The notes: generated from the sequence alone by a model not told the origin. A stretch of 63,883 nt of DNA, filler included, from Choristocarpus tenellus KU-1152 (GCA_964200185.2; 9 parts of 9 records of this genome joined end to end with filler, not necessarily neighbours in it), one strand, 5' to 3'; positions 1 to 15,300 are shown, counted from the whole stretch's first letter. Translations and numbers: made by a program.

Positions 1-157
1 GGGTCTACACCAGGGTGTCCATTTGGCCCAAAATCAGGAAAGGTGCATTTACAGTATCCATCCGAGGTATGCAACCAAATCAGCCAAAAATCGCGACATG
101 AAAAAATCGACCCCAACTGGACAGCCGTCACCCCCCCCCCCCCAGATACTTTGAGCC
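1..157 (+). mobile_element. MITE family A, left end cut by the window, inserted into a family B copy
   Basis: Matches 19255-19433 and ends cccagatactttgagcc. The right half of a family B element follows immediately. Confidence 0.8.
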
Positions 158-303
158 AAAACGTATATGTTATGAAAACGTGTGCCCGGAACGAGGATAT
201 TGACATCTCCTAACAAATATGATAGCCAAAATGAATCAAAATCGCAACGTTGGATTTTGTCCCCCAAATGGACGCGGCTCTACCCTCTAAGATACTTTGA
301 GTC
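158..303 (+). mobile_element. MITE family B, right half
   Basis: Ends ggacgcggctctaccctctaagatactttgagtc, as in the other B copies. Confidence 0.8.
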
Positions 304-364
304 TCTACCTCATATTCGTACGATGCCAATGGTGACTTGAGGGGCAATATTTTGAAGCATTTTC

Positions 365-1005
365 AGAGGTGTCAGTTAGACCCTGCCATGATGAATCCAA
401 AACTGTTGTTCGACCAGTTCGCCGGCCCAATATATAGCCCACATCCATAATATACCAACAGTGAATTGAGTGACAACATCTTGGTGTAATCAGTCACACA
501 TGGCTTAGATGGATACAGCACTATTTTTTTAATTTTTTTGCCTACCCAATAACTGCCTGATATCAATATGATTGTCAGCTACACATTGCTTAGATGGACC
601 CAAAACTGTATGTTTTGCTCAATTGTCCTGCCCAGTGACGGCCCCATCTCAATAAGATAATAATATTGACTTGGGCAATAGTTTGCAACCATTTTGCGTA
701 AGCGTCAGTTACACATTGCTTACATGGATCCCAAACTGTTGTTTGACTGTTTCTCCTGCCAATGACCGGTGAATACTAATACGATACCAATGTTGGTCCG
801 TAATGATTTGCAAGCATTTTGCATAAGTGTGAGTTGCACATGCTTGGATGGATCCCAAACAATGATATTTAACCGTTTCTCTTACCCAGTAGCTGCCCCA
901 TATCCATACAATACCGATTTTAACTTGAGCGGCAACATTTTGAACTACTGTGAACAATTGTCAGCTATATACATATTGGTTGATATCTATTCCAAAATTT
1001 GTTTC
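365..1005. repeat. Degenerate tandem array, about 6 units mostly 120-130 bp
   Basis: The motif gtcagYtacacattgcttagatggatccaaaac recurs near 371, 491, 574, 704, 829 and 960. Confidence 0.7.
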
Positions 1006-2538
1006 CTATATATTCTACGAAGTACTCCATAGTATATATTTTCAGCATCCTATGCTAAAGTGGGGCGTTTTGAAGTAGTTGGGGCCCCTTGCGGTACGTA
1101 TTATTCTCGCACTCTGAAGAGCACAGTCTCACGATGTTCGTCTTCGCTTTCGCAGTCATGGTCTCGTATAAGGGGTCGGCTTTACTCTAGGCATGGGAAT
1201 TGGGTGTTAGGCTGAAGTATTAATAGCGCTCGAACTCACAAGAGTCAAATAAATTGACCCCTCTAACATAGAATGGCTCTATTCCAGCACCTTTCACTCT
1301 GGAGAATAATATTCGTCATTTTACGTCCCTAGTAGTTTTTGCTATCCTTCGAAAGTATTCTTTCTTCAAAATTTCATGTTTTGAACTGTATTACATCAAG
1401 TTACAGCTAGATAGATGTCTTGACCGCAATTCATGGTAAACTTTGAAGTGTCGCATTATTGCTATTACTCCAGAGTATGGTATATTGAACAGTCCTACAA
1501 CGAAAGGGAAACACATTAATGCGCTGATAAGCTGAAACAAATACTCATGAGGTCAAGTAGCTATCTTTTGGATAAAGGACCATTTTCGAGCACCAAGTAT
1601 CACGCTGGTTACATCTTTCAAATATGTGATATATTCAATTTCTCGAAGCGTGCAACTAATATTTCATACCCACCAACTATTTGCCGATGTTGTGATAGAA
1701 GAGGAACACAAAGAGAATGTATGAAATACCACAAAACAGAGTTTTTATTGCTTCAAACCCAAGACAATGTATCGCTATCATAATACAACCTAACGTTTTA
1801 TATTAATGTTACGCAGGGAAAAACGTTTTCCAGACTACAGACGTTAGAGCGCTTGCCAACTCCATCACTGATGAAATGGGGTGGACGTTTTTGTCGACCA
1901 ACAAGCGTTGCAGACCTAATATCGACAAAGGTTGTCCCGGATATCAAACATTGTAGGGCAAATGGTTCCATGTGTGTGCTCAACAATGCAATAGAGATCA
2001 ACAGACGCTTAGCTTAGTGTTTGCTGGACGGAGGACTTGAAGAGTGAGAGTCGTCGATATCAAAAGTTTCCCTTTTTGATAAATATCTCCTCTTTACTTT
2101 GAAGGACTTCTTTCATTACAATTGGTTTCTCCACCTTTCAACTTTTGACCATGGGTTTGAGAAGATTGGACTAGTATGTGAAACGCGAATAAACGCACAA
2201 ATGCCATAGGCGTTGTTCTGGAAAAGCATTATGTTACACAGCAATAGAGGTGCTCAATCGTTTTCCAGACAATAAGCATTAGAGAGGAAATGACACCGAG
2301 TTTTACCCTTCCAACGGATTTCAGGTGCGAGCGTACCTAGTGCTCGACAACAGACGTTGAGCAAATTGACTGCCATTGTTATGCGGAAAACAAATATTGT
2401 TACTGAGCAACTTGCTCCTGGAAGGTTATCCTGATAGCAACAGATGCTACAGAGCAAATCAACCCTAACGTTGTCCTATATAAAAGGCATTAAGGGCTAA
2501 ATATAACAGCCTCTCACCAAAATTGAGGATGGAGCATA

Positions 2539-2638
2539 NNNNNNNNNNNNNNNNNNNNNNNNNNNNNNNNNNNNNNNNNNNNTTAATTAATTAANNNNNN
2601 NNNNNNNNNNNNNNNNNNNNNNNNNNNNNNNNNNNNNN
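2539..2638. other. Artificial 100-nt contig spacer; also at 16909-17008, 26056-26155, 33394-33493, 41742-41841, 51622-51721, 58251-58350, 61164-61263
   Basis: Identical 44N-TTAATTAATTAA-44N at all eight gaps. The 12-mer places stops in all six frames. Confidence 0.99.
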
Positions 2639-5600
2639 ATACGAGTGTCGTGGGGGGGGGGGGTTTAGGCGTGGTTCTCTCCCCTCCGTTGCCCCCCCCC
2701 CCCCCCCCCCACTTTGCCTGCCTGCCTGCCTACCCCCAATAACCAAGAGTTCTCACCCCACTATCGACAGGGTGACAAGGCTAAAGTAAGACCTTTCACC
2801 CTCCACCCCTTTGGTCCCACTGTCTTCCTCAACCCCTGGAAAAATGACATGCAAGAGAAATCCCACAGCAGCGAACCAGCTCGCCTCAAGCAGAGCCTGA
2901 AAGCAAAGCAGGAGGAGCAGCCAAAAAAAAAAGAAACAACACAACATTTTTTTTGTTTTCAAGGTCTTGGGGGGAAAAGAAAAAGTATGTTTTTTTTATT
3001 GTCATTGGAAATTGAAGAAAAAAAAGGTGATGCTCATGAGCTGTATGCTCCCTACATTTGAAGAAAGTGTTGGATAAGAACATAGGAAAGGACAGAGATA
3101 GGGAGGGAGAGACAACAAGCGGTATAGGTAATGGCACCCCCTAACTATGTTTTGATTTCAATCATGTGGTTTTTCAGTTGGTAAAGCTAGGGTGTTCTCC
3201 TCAGTATCTGATCTGTGGCATCAAACACGATTTATTTGGTGAATGAGGTGACAAAAGCTCCAAAACAAACATGGAACTAGTCAATTAGACTATATTATCT
3301 TAACTGTTCCATCCTCAAGTGAAAACAACACATGAGGAGTTTTAGAAGGGCTTTTTGAAACAGCCCGAGATATGCAAGTGCTCCGTAGGAGATGGTTTAT
3401 AAATAAACCAGCACTACCAAAACATCCAGCCTTGCAAAAACCCCAATTCAATAAGGTGTACCTCCAAGGGAAAAAACCCCTTAACCTTCAGTCCCCAATC
3501 ACAATCCAGTTAAACTCCCTATGGAAAATCGATCTTTTCAGGCATTTTCCGCATTGCCCTTGATTGTCAATCAAACACACAAGTCAAATCGTTCTATATC
3601 TAAGTGTAGAAGTGGGCATTTTTTTTTTAAATGACAAAAATCAACAGATGGACTATGGCCCTCCTGCGTAAACGGCCTGACATCTTTGCAGGCAATTAGT
3701 GACACTATGATTCACCCCATCACTCCCTAACCCTAAGTCCACTCTGCGTCTTCCACTGCTAAGTGTTATTCTACCAGAAACAGTTGTGGGAGGGCCTAAA
3801 CTTAGCCGTACCCTCCCCTTCCTCTTTCTTGACAAGAAAGTCACAATTTTTACCTTTATTCAAAAAAAAAAATCAAACTAAACACATTTGCTTGCAACAC
3901 TACACACACAACAAGGTGCAGGTGTAGACACCCATCTCATCAACCTTGAGATAACTATCCCATCAACACTTCTGCTATATCGTGTCACAATATGCAATAC
4001 ATACAACTATGCACACATAGCATACCCAATTGACAGTGACGCGGGCATCAACACTCACACAGGAACGTGACCAACACGCAAAAACATGTACAACGAGTAC
4101 AACACACAAAAGAACATGAAAACCCCTCTTCCCCTCTCCCTCACCATCCTCAGGCGTGCAAGATCATCTCCTTCAAATCCCTTGCGCTGGAAATAGAAGT
4201 CCCAATGATGATTGGCACAACATCAGCACAAGAGGTTGTGTTCATACCCACAGTATCACAATAGATTTGCCAAGCGCAGGAAGGGAGGGGTGTGATATGA
4301 GGAACAGGGGGAAGGTGAGAAGTGGATTGATCTGCTTGCGGGAGATTGATGGCAGTGCACAGATAGGTCTCCTGCAGAGAGCTGTAAGGGGGTACAAGAG
4401 TCTATTAATTCCGAATTAGCTGCCTGTCAAGATTGTTTCTTGTTTACTCTAGCAGTGCAATTGGGAATTGGTTGGGTTATTAATACTGGATAAGACCGTA
4501 TGACTGTGATGAAGGACACAACACATAGAGGCATGTGTGTCAATAGCAAGGTGTTGTCTTTTTAGGGTTAGGGTTAACTTGATGATGTGGATGGACGAGA
4601 GCTGTCTCTCGTCCCCACCTGGTTCACCCTCTTGTCAAGGATACAGATAGGAGAGGAAGTCATACAACTACTCTGATATTGAGATTTACCTGAGGACACA
4701 TCAGTTCACTTGGGCATTGTCGCTGTGTCCCAATCGCAGTAAGGAGGAAGTGCAAAATCTGCACCATTGCTATTGTAGTCAACTGTACTAAATACATACC
4801 AAAAAAAAAAAGTAGCGTGTGGAGAGCGTTTTTTAGATATGGACAAGAAGAAAGAGTAAATAAAACGCACAACTAAAACCATAGAGTACTTTTGAAGCAC
4901 ATTTACATTTTTTCGGAGACCTTGAGTCTCTAACACTCTGCAATTATCCAAAAAAAACCCTTGATGAGTGGGAAAGTCCATCTCAAGAGGCAAGCAAGCA
5001 CGACAGTATTGGATGCGAAGTGAGCAATCATACGATAGGTTTCGGTACTAGAAGGAGTGCTCCTGCATGCAACCGCAACATTGAACTAGCAAATGGTATC
5101 CTAGGGTGTAATCACAACTATGCAAAGGTTGGAAACTCAATTTCCCCCCTTCCCCCCTATACTGTCCAATTTAGGAATAGGTTTCAGGCTGTTAGGGTTA
5201 GGAGGAGAGACCTAGCTCCAAACGTTCATCACACAAAAACCCATAAAATAACCCACATTTTCTACAGGACAGCAGTCACGTACCTTGTGAATTGATACAA
5301 GGTGACCGAAACAACCAAATTAGAGTTGTTCAATATGCACACTCTAATTAGAGCAACACAGTTGTAGTTGTAGTTGCAGTCACACCACATAAGTACACGC
5401 CATAGGAGTGGATAAAACCTGATTTGTATGTTAAGTGTGTAAAATAATCTATCATCCACACTACAGTATCTTTTTTAAATCAAACCTTCTCTCACCACAT
5501 AGTGTCCGCGCTGCTGTCTGCACTGTTCTACTTTTAAAAGAAGATAGAAATGGGACAAGTGGGACGTATGTAGGAATGCATGAGGCCCCTCTGACATTGA

Positions 5601-7074
5601 GGCAACAAGTGGCAGGCAACAGCTAAGCACCAATCACAATCCCACCCCGAAAGTCGCTCACCTGGTGCAAATTCATCATTCCACTGCCTCCATCTCCTGA
5701 GCCCCGCAAACTAGTCGTGATGCTGGGTGCGGCTAGTGCGAGGAAGCAAACCAGCACCCTCCCAAAAGGACTTCCTGGGGTGACCTCCCAAAGTGTACCC
5801 TAGAGTGTAGAGGGGTGGATATAGTGGCCGACGGAGGACATACAAGTGTGACAAGAATGAGGGAGACGAGGCTCGTTCTGGCAGAAGGTCGAGCTCTAAG
5901 GCACTGGTGAATCAGTAATGTTATGGGCAGCAGCAAACAGTGAAGAAAGCTAACCACTCTCCCCTACGAGTGAAATTGCTTCGATTAGACCCTAGCCTCG
6001 AGGAGAGCGGAGGACCAAATAAAGGATATTTCGTCTTGAGAGCCATTACAATCCAGTTCACATCACCTTCTCGCCCTCAACTTTGATCAGCCCGTCAGTC
6101 TCCCAGACCCCCAACACGGCACCAGGTCCACCGAGGATAAATGCGCACATAGCTGCTCTGCCGAGATGTCCATTCAGTACAGAATCCTGGGATCCGACCT
6201 ACAGGCGTGACGAAGATGCCAAGATAACGGCGGCATTGAAGGTGTAAAGAGAGAGGAAATAAGAAATATTTAGGGCCCTGGAAACACTAATGGTGGAAAC
6301 CATGCAATCATAAAACAAGGGGATCATACAGATGTCATGAGCAATCAGTGCGAACTCACTCACAGTTGCAAGAACAACCACCGTCAGGTACGCGGCATCG
6401 AGGTACCCCCTGCCTTCAACAATCCAGACCGAAGCCGATCCCAGTAAGATGTAACTCCCCAGCTCTGCAAGAGACCAACAGTAGCCAGGCGCACAAGATA
6501 GGCACGGCAACGGGAGCAACCTAATAGCAAAGAAAATCCGGAAGGGGGAATGCTTTCATTTAACAACGCGATTGACGTGTTGAGGATCGACCATGAATCC
6601 CTCTTTTCAATGATTCCACATTCTACGCTTCGGTTTCATATTTTTCGAATACTCCTGCTATGAAGGCCTTACGCACTCACCTCAAGATCCTGTGTAATGC
6701 GACCGTCACTACCACCCAGCAACACCGTGCCCCCATTACACCAATCAACAATAACCTAGCGTTGCGGGCAAGGCCCTCGAGTGGCGGAAGCCTTGACCAT
6801 AAATTCATAAGAAAACATATTTCAATTGCGCAGAGAAAAGCAGCATGGGCTTTGCCCCCATTCAGGTCCAGCATGTTTTGAGTCTGGTGGTGCTGTGTTT
6901 GCCTTATCTTTGGTCGTGTGTTTGGCTTATTTTGAACATCACTCATGTACATACTTTTTTTATAAATTGAACTGTTGTCAGAAATAACGTATAATAATAT
7001 TTTTATTTTTTGTTACTGATGTACTCAGGGTCATCGAGTCAATATCACCTTCAACGATGAGTGTCAACAACTAA

Positions 7075-7555
7075 GTAGAGTACTTCTTCAATCGTTGAAA
7101 AACATTCATGGACACTTCCCTACCATATCCACTAAGAAGCTTCGCTCCCATCATCACAAATCCCTCCTATCCAGCATTGGATTTCGCAGACGGGAACGCT
7201 CCAATACATAGATGATCCTTTGACCGGGTGGGAGAGAATCAACAGTGTTTAGCTATCGTGGGACGGCGGAGACACCTATTCGCAGTGTCAGTTGCACGCG
7301 TATGGATGATAAGCGACTTCCTAAGGTGTTGGTGTTTGGGGAGCTTGCAGCTCAAAAACGGAAGAAAGTAGACAGAGGAAGAACTGGTGGATTTACGTCT
7401 GATTAAGGGCTGGAGGAGGTGTGAAGGCAACCAACTAACACAAGTGGTGCAAGTGTGTGGTTAACGCCACAACGAGCTTCATGACAAAGTGGTATTCCAA
7501 GGAAGTTGCGATAGCTGATGTATACCGTGCGAAAGCAACAGCTATGATCACCTAA
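7075..7555 (+). mobile_element. Degenerate RTE-like non-LTR retrotransposon, 3' part of ORF2; second fragment at ~7810-8100
   Basis: Frameshifted translation KLRSHHHKSLLSSIGFRRRER ... IVGRRRHLFAVSVAR/MDDKRLPKVLVFGEL matches the RxxxxRLPKxxxxGEL C-terminal motif of RTE LINEs. The second copy reads DGLPKVLIFGKL. Confidence 0.7.
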
Positions 7556-10500
7556 GTCACCAGCACCACTAACATCACTGTATTTTTAATATTGCTTTGT
7601 CGTTTTCTTTCTCTTTTTGGATTTATTTTCTTCCACTCATTGTTCATCTTCCTCTTTCTTCTCTTTCCCTTGTGCTATTTCTTGGTAGAATAACACAGTA
7701 GTCCTTTTTCTTCCATTTTTTTTTTCTTTTCACAGTCGTTTGTGCCGTTCCTCGTTTCAACCCTTGCGTATTGCCTTCTTTCGACTACTTTATTCAACCA
7801 CAAGTCTGGGATCCCTAGGGTCAGTTAGAAATGTGGGGAATGACGGACTCCCAAAGGTGTTGATATTTGGGAAACTTACATATAGAAAGTGGAAAAAATC
7901 TTGGCAGGAGAAAAGCACTGGTGTGTGTGTCTGTAAGACGACCTTCGCAGGTTTAGCATCACTGTCAAGGGGTGAAGTACGAGGGCAAAAAACAACACAG
8001 GTGATATTTTGTGTTACGTATGTGTGGTTGATGAAACAAGTGGAATGCGAGGGGAGTCGTGGTAGGTGGTGTACGTCATGCTGAAGCTGCAGCTATGGCA
8101 ACCCAAGCAGAATAGGAGTAAGGTCTTAAGGTGGTGAAGATCTTTCCCTTATTAGTATGTGGGCAATGAATGTGATGGGTGAAGTGCGATTTTGCTAGTT
8201 GATACAATTGTAAGATTAGGACTTAACGCTTAGGGTACTGTTTCTCTCATTACTCCATGGGTGTCCAATTCACGTTGAACATTGTGAGGGACCCTAACTC
8301 TACACTACCTGATGCTTTCGAAATGTCTCTATTGCATTGGACAGCGGACGAAATACAGCTTTAAGGGATCAAAGTGCTTCATCCCTGCCGGAGAGATGTT
8401 CCTGTGGGATGAGGAGGTACAGGCCAAAAAAATATCGTGAATGAATGGGAGTCAGCTGTGTACCGCTGTGCTTGGGCAAAGAATCCCCTGTGCGGTATCT
8501 AAATTTCATTGTGTGTAAGGCCTACGCCCCCAACCCAGTGGTCAATGATGCAGGTACCAGGCACTATAAGAAATTGTTGCGTTGGGTCGGGTAGCACTGT
8601 AAGGGTTAGTTGCCGTAGTTTGAAGGTTGACTGGTATGGGGGTCACCTGCCAAGATGATGGATACATGCTGCTTCAGGGATACTGTAGTGATACTGCAGT
8701 GATACTGCAGTGGATCGTGAAAGCTTAATCAGTATATAACTTGTTGTAGTGCAGGTGTGTGAGCAGCAACAGTACACTTGAGTAGAGTGTGGAAGTTAAT
8801 TGATTCCCCATGTCTTGTTGTATAGGAAAGAGTTAAAGATATGAAGGGGATGATCGATGCTTCGTGTGTATCACTGTGCAGAAAAGTTAAGAAATGCATG
8901 GGATAGGCGCTACTTATTTTGTAGTGCCGTATGAGTGATGCTCGATATAGTCCTGATGTATCAAAAGGTTTGTGGGCACACAGCGGGGTTTCATAAGCGT
9001 AAGTGTCAAACATCACCCTAATCCTATGTGCCCGTTTTGCCAAGTGTATAGTAGAGGTAAGTGTATGAATGGGAAAGGTGGTAAGAGATTAGTGTTGCTG
9101 TGCGAAAGGGGTAAGGTCATGAATGACACTAGGGAGTAGTACACTGCAGAGCGGGGGTGAATTTATCCGCCAATGAGTGGCACTTAGCGCGTATTGCTGT
9201 GCAGAAGAGGTGAAGGTATGGACAAGGGAGGAGGAAGTTCATATTAATATATGTGGGAAATAGGTTGTAGTATGAGTGGGCTGATTGGAACTTGATATGT
9301 GCAGCTGTCGAATATAGGTGAAGCTAAAAATTAATTGAGTGCTCCTCAATGCGTGTTGTTGTGATATCCACTACTTTTGGTACAGTTGCGAGAGAAGATG
9401 CTAGGGGACGGATGGGCTGAGTTGCACTTAATGCCTATATAGGTGTAGAATACGGGGGGGAGTGTGAATGGGGTTATTCCCATTTGATCTGCAATGTTGC
9501 GCAAACAGGGCAAAGACATGCATGGCATTAGGGGAAAAAACGAATATTGGTGCACAGAAAGGGATAAGAGTAGGAATGGGTTAGTGGTACTGGATTGGTG
9601 TTGTAAATAAATGTAGAAGACCAGAAGTACATGGAGGAAATTGGGGAAAAACATGAGTGAAGGTAGATATCAATGAGTCGTACTTGATGTGTATCACTTT
9701 GCAAAAGAAGTCAAGGTATAAGCATGAGAGGTCGTAGTAAACCTGTGCGAATATGCGAAAAAGGTTGTGGTATGATTAAGCTGAGTAGAAGTGATGTATA
9801 CAACGGAGTATAAATTACATTAGTCATAGTCGGTATATCGCTCCATAGAGAGGTTGAGTTCTGGGTGGGATAAAGTGTTACAGGCGAAAAGCGCGAGCAT
9901 TTCTTTCTGCGTGCCAAAATGCGCGAACAGTATGCATTCGTAAGAATTCATATAAGAGGAACTTTGAATTGATAGAAGACGCAGAGTAAGATTCGAAATG
10001 CATACATAACCTTACAGAGTAGACATCAATTCCTGAAAGTTGGAGAACAAATTTTTATGATTGGAGTATTTACACAGCAGTTGGCAGACGTCGTTTAACT
10101 CTTTGGCTGTAGAAAAACGGCGAATGACGTTAATAACAGGCCGACTTGTTGTGGACCACACGACTCAGTTCTTTGATCCTTACCCTCTTTTGAAAAAGCA
10201 AAAAGCGAGACATCGACTGAGCTAAGCATCAACTGACACCATACGTGGTCATCATCTGTAGACCCCATCAGCGTCGTTTTAAGGTCGTTGGGTTTGAGTT
10301 GCACATCCTGTCTGTGGAGGTGAGTGCTGGAGCGTGCTGTAACATAAGTGGGAGTTTACGTACAGATGTGTAGAAAGGAGGATGTCTGAAAGAGGTGAGT
10401 GCCATCATACATCACACCAATTGCTCCACAGGAGGTTAAGGTATGAATGAATTGGATGATTGGCAATTAATCCATAATGTTGCACAAATGGGGTTGAAGA

Positions 10501-12379
10501 CATCCATGGAATAGTTTGTGGATAATGTGTGTAAATTTACACTGGGGCTCAGGTGAGAAATATAGGATGATTGCTGTATTATGGATTTGCTCAATAGGTG
10601 GAATTATATTCTCCGATGTGGCGGCACTAGTAAGGAATCGATCAAATATGAGACGAGAAAGAAAAAACAATGGAAATGGCCAATGTGAATTCAGTGGATG
10701 TAATGTAACGATAATGGTTGACCATGACTTCTGGATAAAGCATAATGCAGAGGATGTGTACTGTAGGTATTGTTGAGGTGAGATGTGCATGAAGAGAGGA
10801 TATGGAATAATGAGGTAGGTATAGGTAACCTTGTCCACGTTGCCGATTAAATATATCAAGGATATCGTCTGGGGAGGTGGAAGACATGGTGAAGCGTACA
10901 AATGACAGGCAGGCTAGAAGCAAGCGTCTATCCAAGTATCTGCCAGCACATCGTTGTCTTGGCTTCTTTCCGTACATGTTTAAAAGAAAGACCAACGAGG
11001 TAAAGCGAGTATAACATCAGCGAGGAAGAGAATAAAGGAGGTAGACCATGTAACACTAAGTACTAGCGTAAGTAAGATTTCAATGAGACGATGGATGAGA
11101 AAGTAAAATTGAAAATTGGACCAGTTATTTTTTCATTATCACACCTTGCACTTGGAAGTATTCCAAAAGATAGTGTACATTAATAATAGTGTAATAATTA
11201 TTGGCAGTATCATTTATTATTACCCATCACAATTGTATATTTTATTATTATTGTATATCAATTTTGGAAAATTTTATTGAATTGGTATGTACTCTAATCC
11301 ATTTATCGCCTTCTATATTTGGTGCTTACTTCAAACAATATAATTTTCCCCTGATACATCTGCAAAATGTCAGAGGCATAATAATATATATATTCAATTT
11401 CAAGTTTGGTGTTGCACTTTATGGTTGTATCAATATATTCCATTGTTGACGTCTGGATGGGACCATTTTAAGTCTTGATTGTTCTCCGATTTTTTGAGGT
11501 TGTAGAGTGAAAGTAAGGAGATTATAAGTTTTGAAACAGAAGAGTAGACGTAGGTAGAAGTCTGTAGGGATCAGAACAATACTGCTTTGTAATCACATTA
11601 ATAATAATAGAAGTAGAAAAAATATATTTATTATTACTCTCATTTTGTACTTCAATGAAGACCAAAGGAATGCAATTTTTCATTCTCAATTTTGATACCC
11701 TACACATTTCTAGAAGTAGTTTTGTTTCTTGTTGATGAACAGTGTTGGGTCACGGAGGAACTGCCTGTTTGACGTAGGGACCAGATAGGTTCAGATATGT
11801 CTTCCTTTGTATATATTCGATCCTGAAATGTCAAATTACAAAAATAATATTAGTGTTATATGTAAGCGAACTTATGATTTTGTTTCTTAGAGTAATGTTT
11901 TAGAGTATTTTTTTAGAGTAGTTTTTTAGGAGAGGTTTGGTGTATTTTTCGAAATACAAGTTTAGGAGTTTTTCTTTTCAAATATGAATCAAATAGTACA
12001 CCATATCTAATATATATATATTGTACAACATGTGGAAATTATTGGATCATTACTACTTTTACTACACTACATATTATTAAAAAATATTTTTTAAAAGTAC
12101 TTACAGACCACCAGTATATTACAACTACTACGGCATTGTTGGTAAACACACAAGGGACGAAGGACCCACTTGACATACTCCTCGGGAAAAGGGCCCAGTA
12201 TAGTTTGACAAGGGTCGAAAAAATCTTTGTGAGTGCAAAGGTTCTCAAGTGTCTAGAGCGATAAGCCAGGTTCAAGAGAGTCTCGCCTTGAGACCTCCTT
12301 TGGACTCGGGGGTCTATCAGTAAGCCTAAAAAGTTGACCGAGTGTGTGCAGTTTGGGGCACCAACGAAAGTTTCACAGC

Positions 12380-15300
12380 ATGCTTCGCCTTCCAACAGTT
12401 ATTACCGAGGTCGTTACCTCCAGGGTTCTTCGGGCAAGTGGGTTGGGACTTCGAAAAGCTTGTGGGGAGAGGTGTGTAGCATCCTGGGCTTCATCCTCCG
12501 CTTCAAATGTGACCAGAGATACTTTAAGGTCTGCTGGTAGCTCTGGAGAGGATGGCCACCTCAACGGCGCCATTATGGCGGCGATTGCGACACTCTCTTT
12601 GACAGGTATGGGGGAGATTGGAGTATATCATGGGTTGCCCAAGGTGGTGTGACTTTGACAATTGAAGTGCTGTGTTGAAAACTTTGAACCGTTTGGGACG
12701 AGCAGTGGAAACAGGTAAAATACCTGGCTCTTGGGCTGGTTGTCAGTGATCAATACGTGTAAATATAGACGCTCAATCCTTCGCTACTGCATAGACAAGA
12801 GTTTTGTGGTTTTCCCGAATGGAACGGTCGAGGTCCTCAGCATCTTTTACTTTGAAGTTGAAGGCGAACATCTCAACTCTTTGTCCTTAAACCTTGAATC
12901 TATGCTGCTACCTCCACACAGCAATGTGTCTCCACTGAAGCGATACTTTGTGTTCTTTGCTGTGATCTTTCTCCAGGGGCTACTGTGACCACTGCCAAAT
13001 CAGAACCCGAGAACGTGGAGAAGGGGGTTGAAGGACCAGATCGGGGGGCCACCAGGGCAAAGGGTGAGATCGAAATTTCGCCACAGTTCTTTGCGTTGAT
13101 TGCGGGCAAAAACACCTCTCGTGTGAACGATGTAGGTTGTTCCTTTTACAGTTTCCAGGTCTTGGACCTAAGTTCTTCTGGTGTTGACTTCTTTCAATGT
13201 ACAGTTGCCATTAAGAAGTCCTTTTTCAAATCGTGATTCCACTCACAAGCCTTAGCTCCCAAATAACACACGCTGACCACTGGCATCTCTTCTTCAAATA
13301 TCAAACGCTTGGGAATATCTTGCACTCTGGGAACCACTTTGTACCCATGCAAAGACCCCAATGCCACAAATACCAATGGGACTGGGGGAGCAGGAACTGA
13401 AAGGTTCACCCTTCGTGAAGCAAGAGATCACCTTCACGAGGGACTGAAGCCATTCAGGGAGAAGCTTGCATTCAAGGTGGGAATACTAAGGAAACAAGCC
13501 AGTGTGAGTCCCCCCCCCATTTCCACTTTTTCAACTCTCAAGATAGAAGAGTAGAACAGTTGGGAGGATCAGGAACTACTTTGTAGAGTTCTTTTCGAGT
13601 TAAATTTTCCCTTTTCTTTGCTAGAAATCGATTTTGTTGCAGCAGTTTTTCTCTGTTTACTACTCTTCACACACAAATTGAAGCTCTCCCCTCATTTTTG
13701 ATGTTATACCTAAGAAAGGTAGCTTGGCAACATCAGGTTTGCCATCTGTAACATAGACTTTAAACCGCTGTGTAAATCGGGATAGCATAGTGATGGTTAC
13801 AAGCACAGCAGCAAAGAGAGAAGAGAGAGAGAGGGAAGGAGAGAGGGAGGGAGAGAGAGGGGGAGAGAGAGAGAGTAAGAGAGAGAGAGACCAATCAGGA
13901 GTTGAGTTATGGAACAGTGGCAATGATCACTGGACTCTGCTTGCATCTACTGAATATAAGTCTTGTCCTTGAGGTGGGATTGCCATAGCCACCAAGCCAC
14001 GACTTTGCAACCATTTTACTTCCCAAAAATTATTGAGGGAGGAGAGGATTTGCATCCCAGGCAGGTTCTTTGTTTTTTTGGTCAACTCACTGCTCTTCCC
14101 TGTGGGTTAGTCCTTGAGTACGGACCAATATTCTCATTGCTGTCCCTATATGAAAATCTTGATGTGCCAAGATCCTGGGCATGAAGAAGATACTCAACAC
14201 TTGGGATACGCATGCATACTGACTGAGCTCTTGTCACAACAGCAGCCAATTGGAAGAAGAGGTTTAACCTCAACGCACCCGTGTTCCTCAATTGTGCGCC
14301 TCTACTTAGTTTTTTTTTTTCCTAGGTTGCACTCTTGAACCCTGTTCTCTTTCCCTGCCAATCACACATTCTCACAACAGGGAGTAGTATGCCCTGGCAT
14401 AGACCTCCGGGAAGAACCGGAGCCTGCAGTGGCTGCAGCAGGTGTAGGAGGCACCAATAGCAGGGATGGGACAACCAATGTTGGGGCTGATGCACGGCAC
14501 ATAAACAGGGGTACCCACAGTGCCAACTTCAACCTCCCACGGTCTGTGAACGTTATCAAGGTCCTGAGCACGATCATTGGGGCGAGAGACCTCTCTAAAC
14601 AGGTCTGGAGCTTTTCTTTTCTTTCTATTTTTTTTTCAACTGTAGTGATACTGCTGCCTAAAGTGGATGTGTACCTTTACTTGTGTTACATGTCATCATG
14701 TCTTGCTCCATTTGAATGCAAAATATTTTGGTATGATGTCCGCACCCCCCAAAAGCCGTAAGACCTGTTGATTATAGGAATGTGTTGATGTATCAATCAA
14801 TTTGTTTTTGATGTTCTGTTGCTATGTCTGTTGAGCAGGTGCTGGATGTGCATTCTGCACACAACACTGGTGAGGAGGCGGCTGTTTCGTTCTGTCATCA
14901 GGTGTGAACTCACTCTCTCCCCCACCCTCCCCCCATCTTCACATCACTGCCCACTAGTGCACCCCCCTGCCCCCCCTTCCATGGTATGTAGAAATGGTAG
15001 AATTTGTGTCCTGATGGGTGAAAGTTAGGTAGGAGTGGAGAAGGAAATGTGTTTAGTGATCAGTGTCATGAGGAAGATGGCTGAAGAACTTGCATCTGGT
15101 CTTTCACATAACTTTTTTTGCTCTTCCTGAAAGTCAATAGTTTGCATGCCTTGCTGGCTTTGCGAGTAACTGTTGGATGTTTGGTGAGTGTGTTACATGC
15201 ATCCCCGTTGTCTATATGGTAAGAGAGCTCCCAAAGTTTCGTTGCCCCCTTGTACCCTTTTCTCAGTGAGAAATTTGATCACACTACGTAAGAAGTGCAA

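Noticed and set aside
5600-6050. Solo LTR candidate ending aataaa...ttaca
   Set aside because: No second copy, PBS/PPT or target-site duplication could be established.
11100-12150. AT-rich island as an endogenous viral fragment
   Set aside because: No open frame or recognisable viral motif; composition alone is insufficient.
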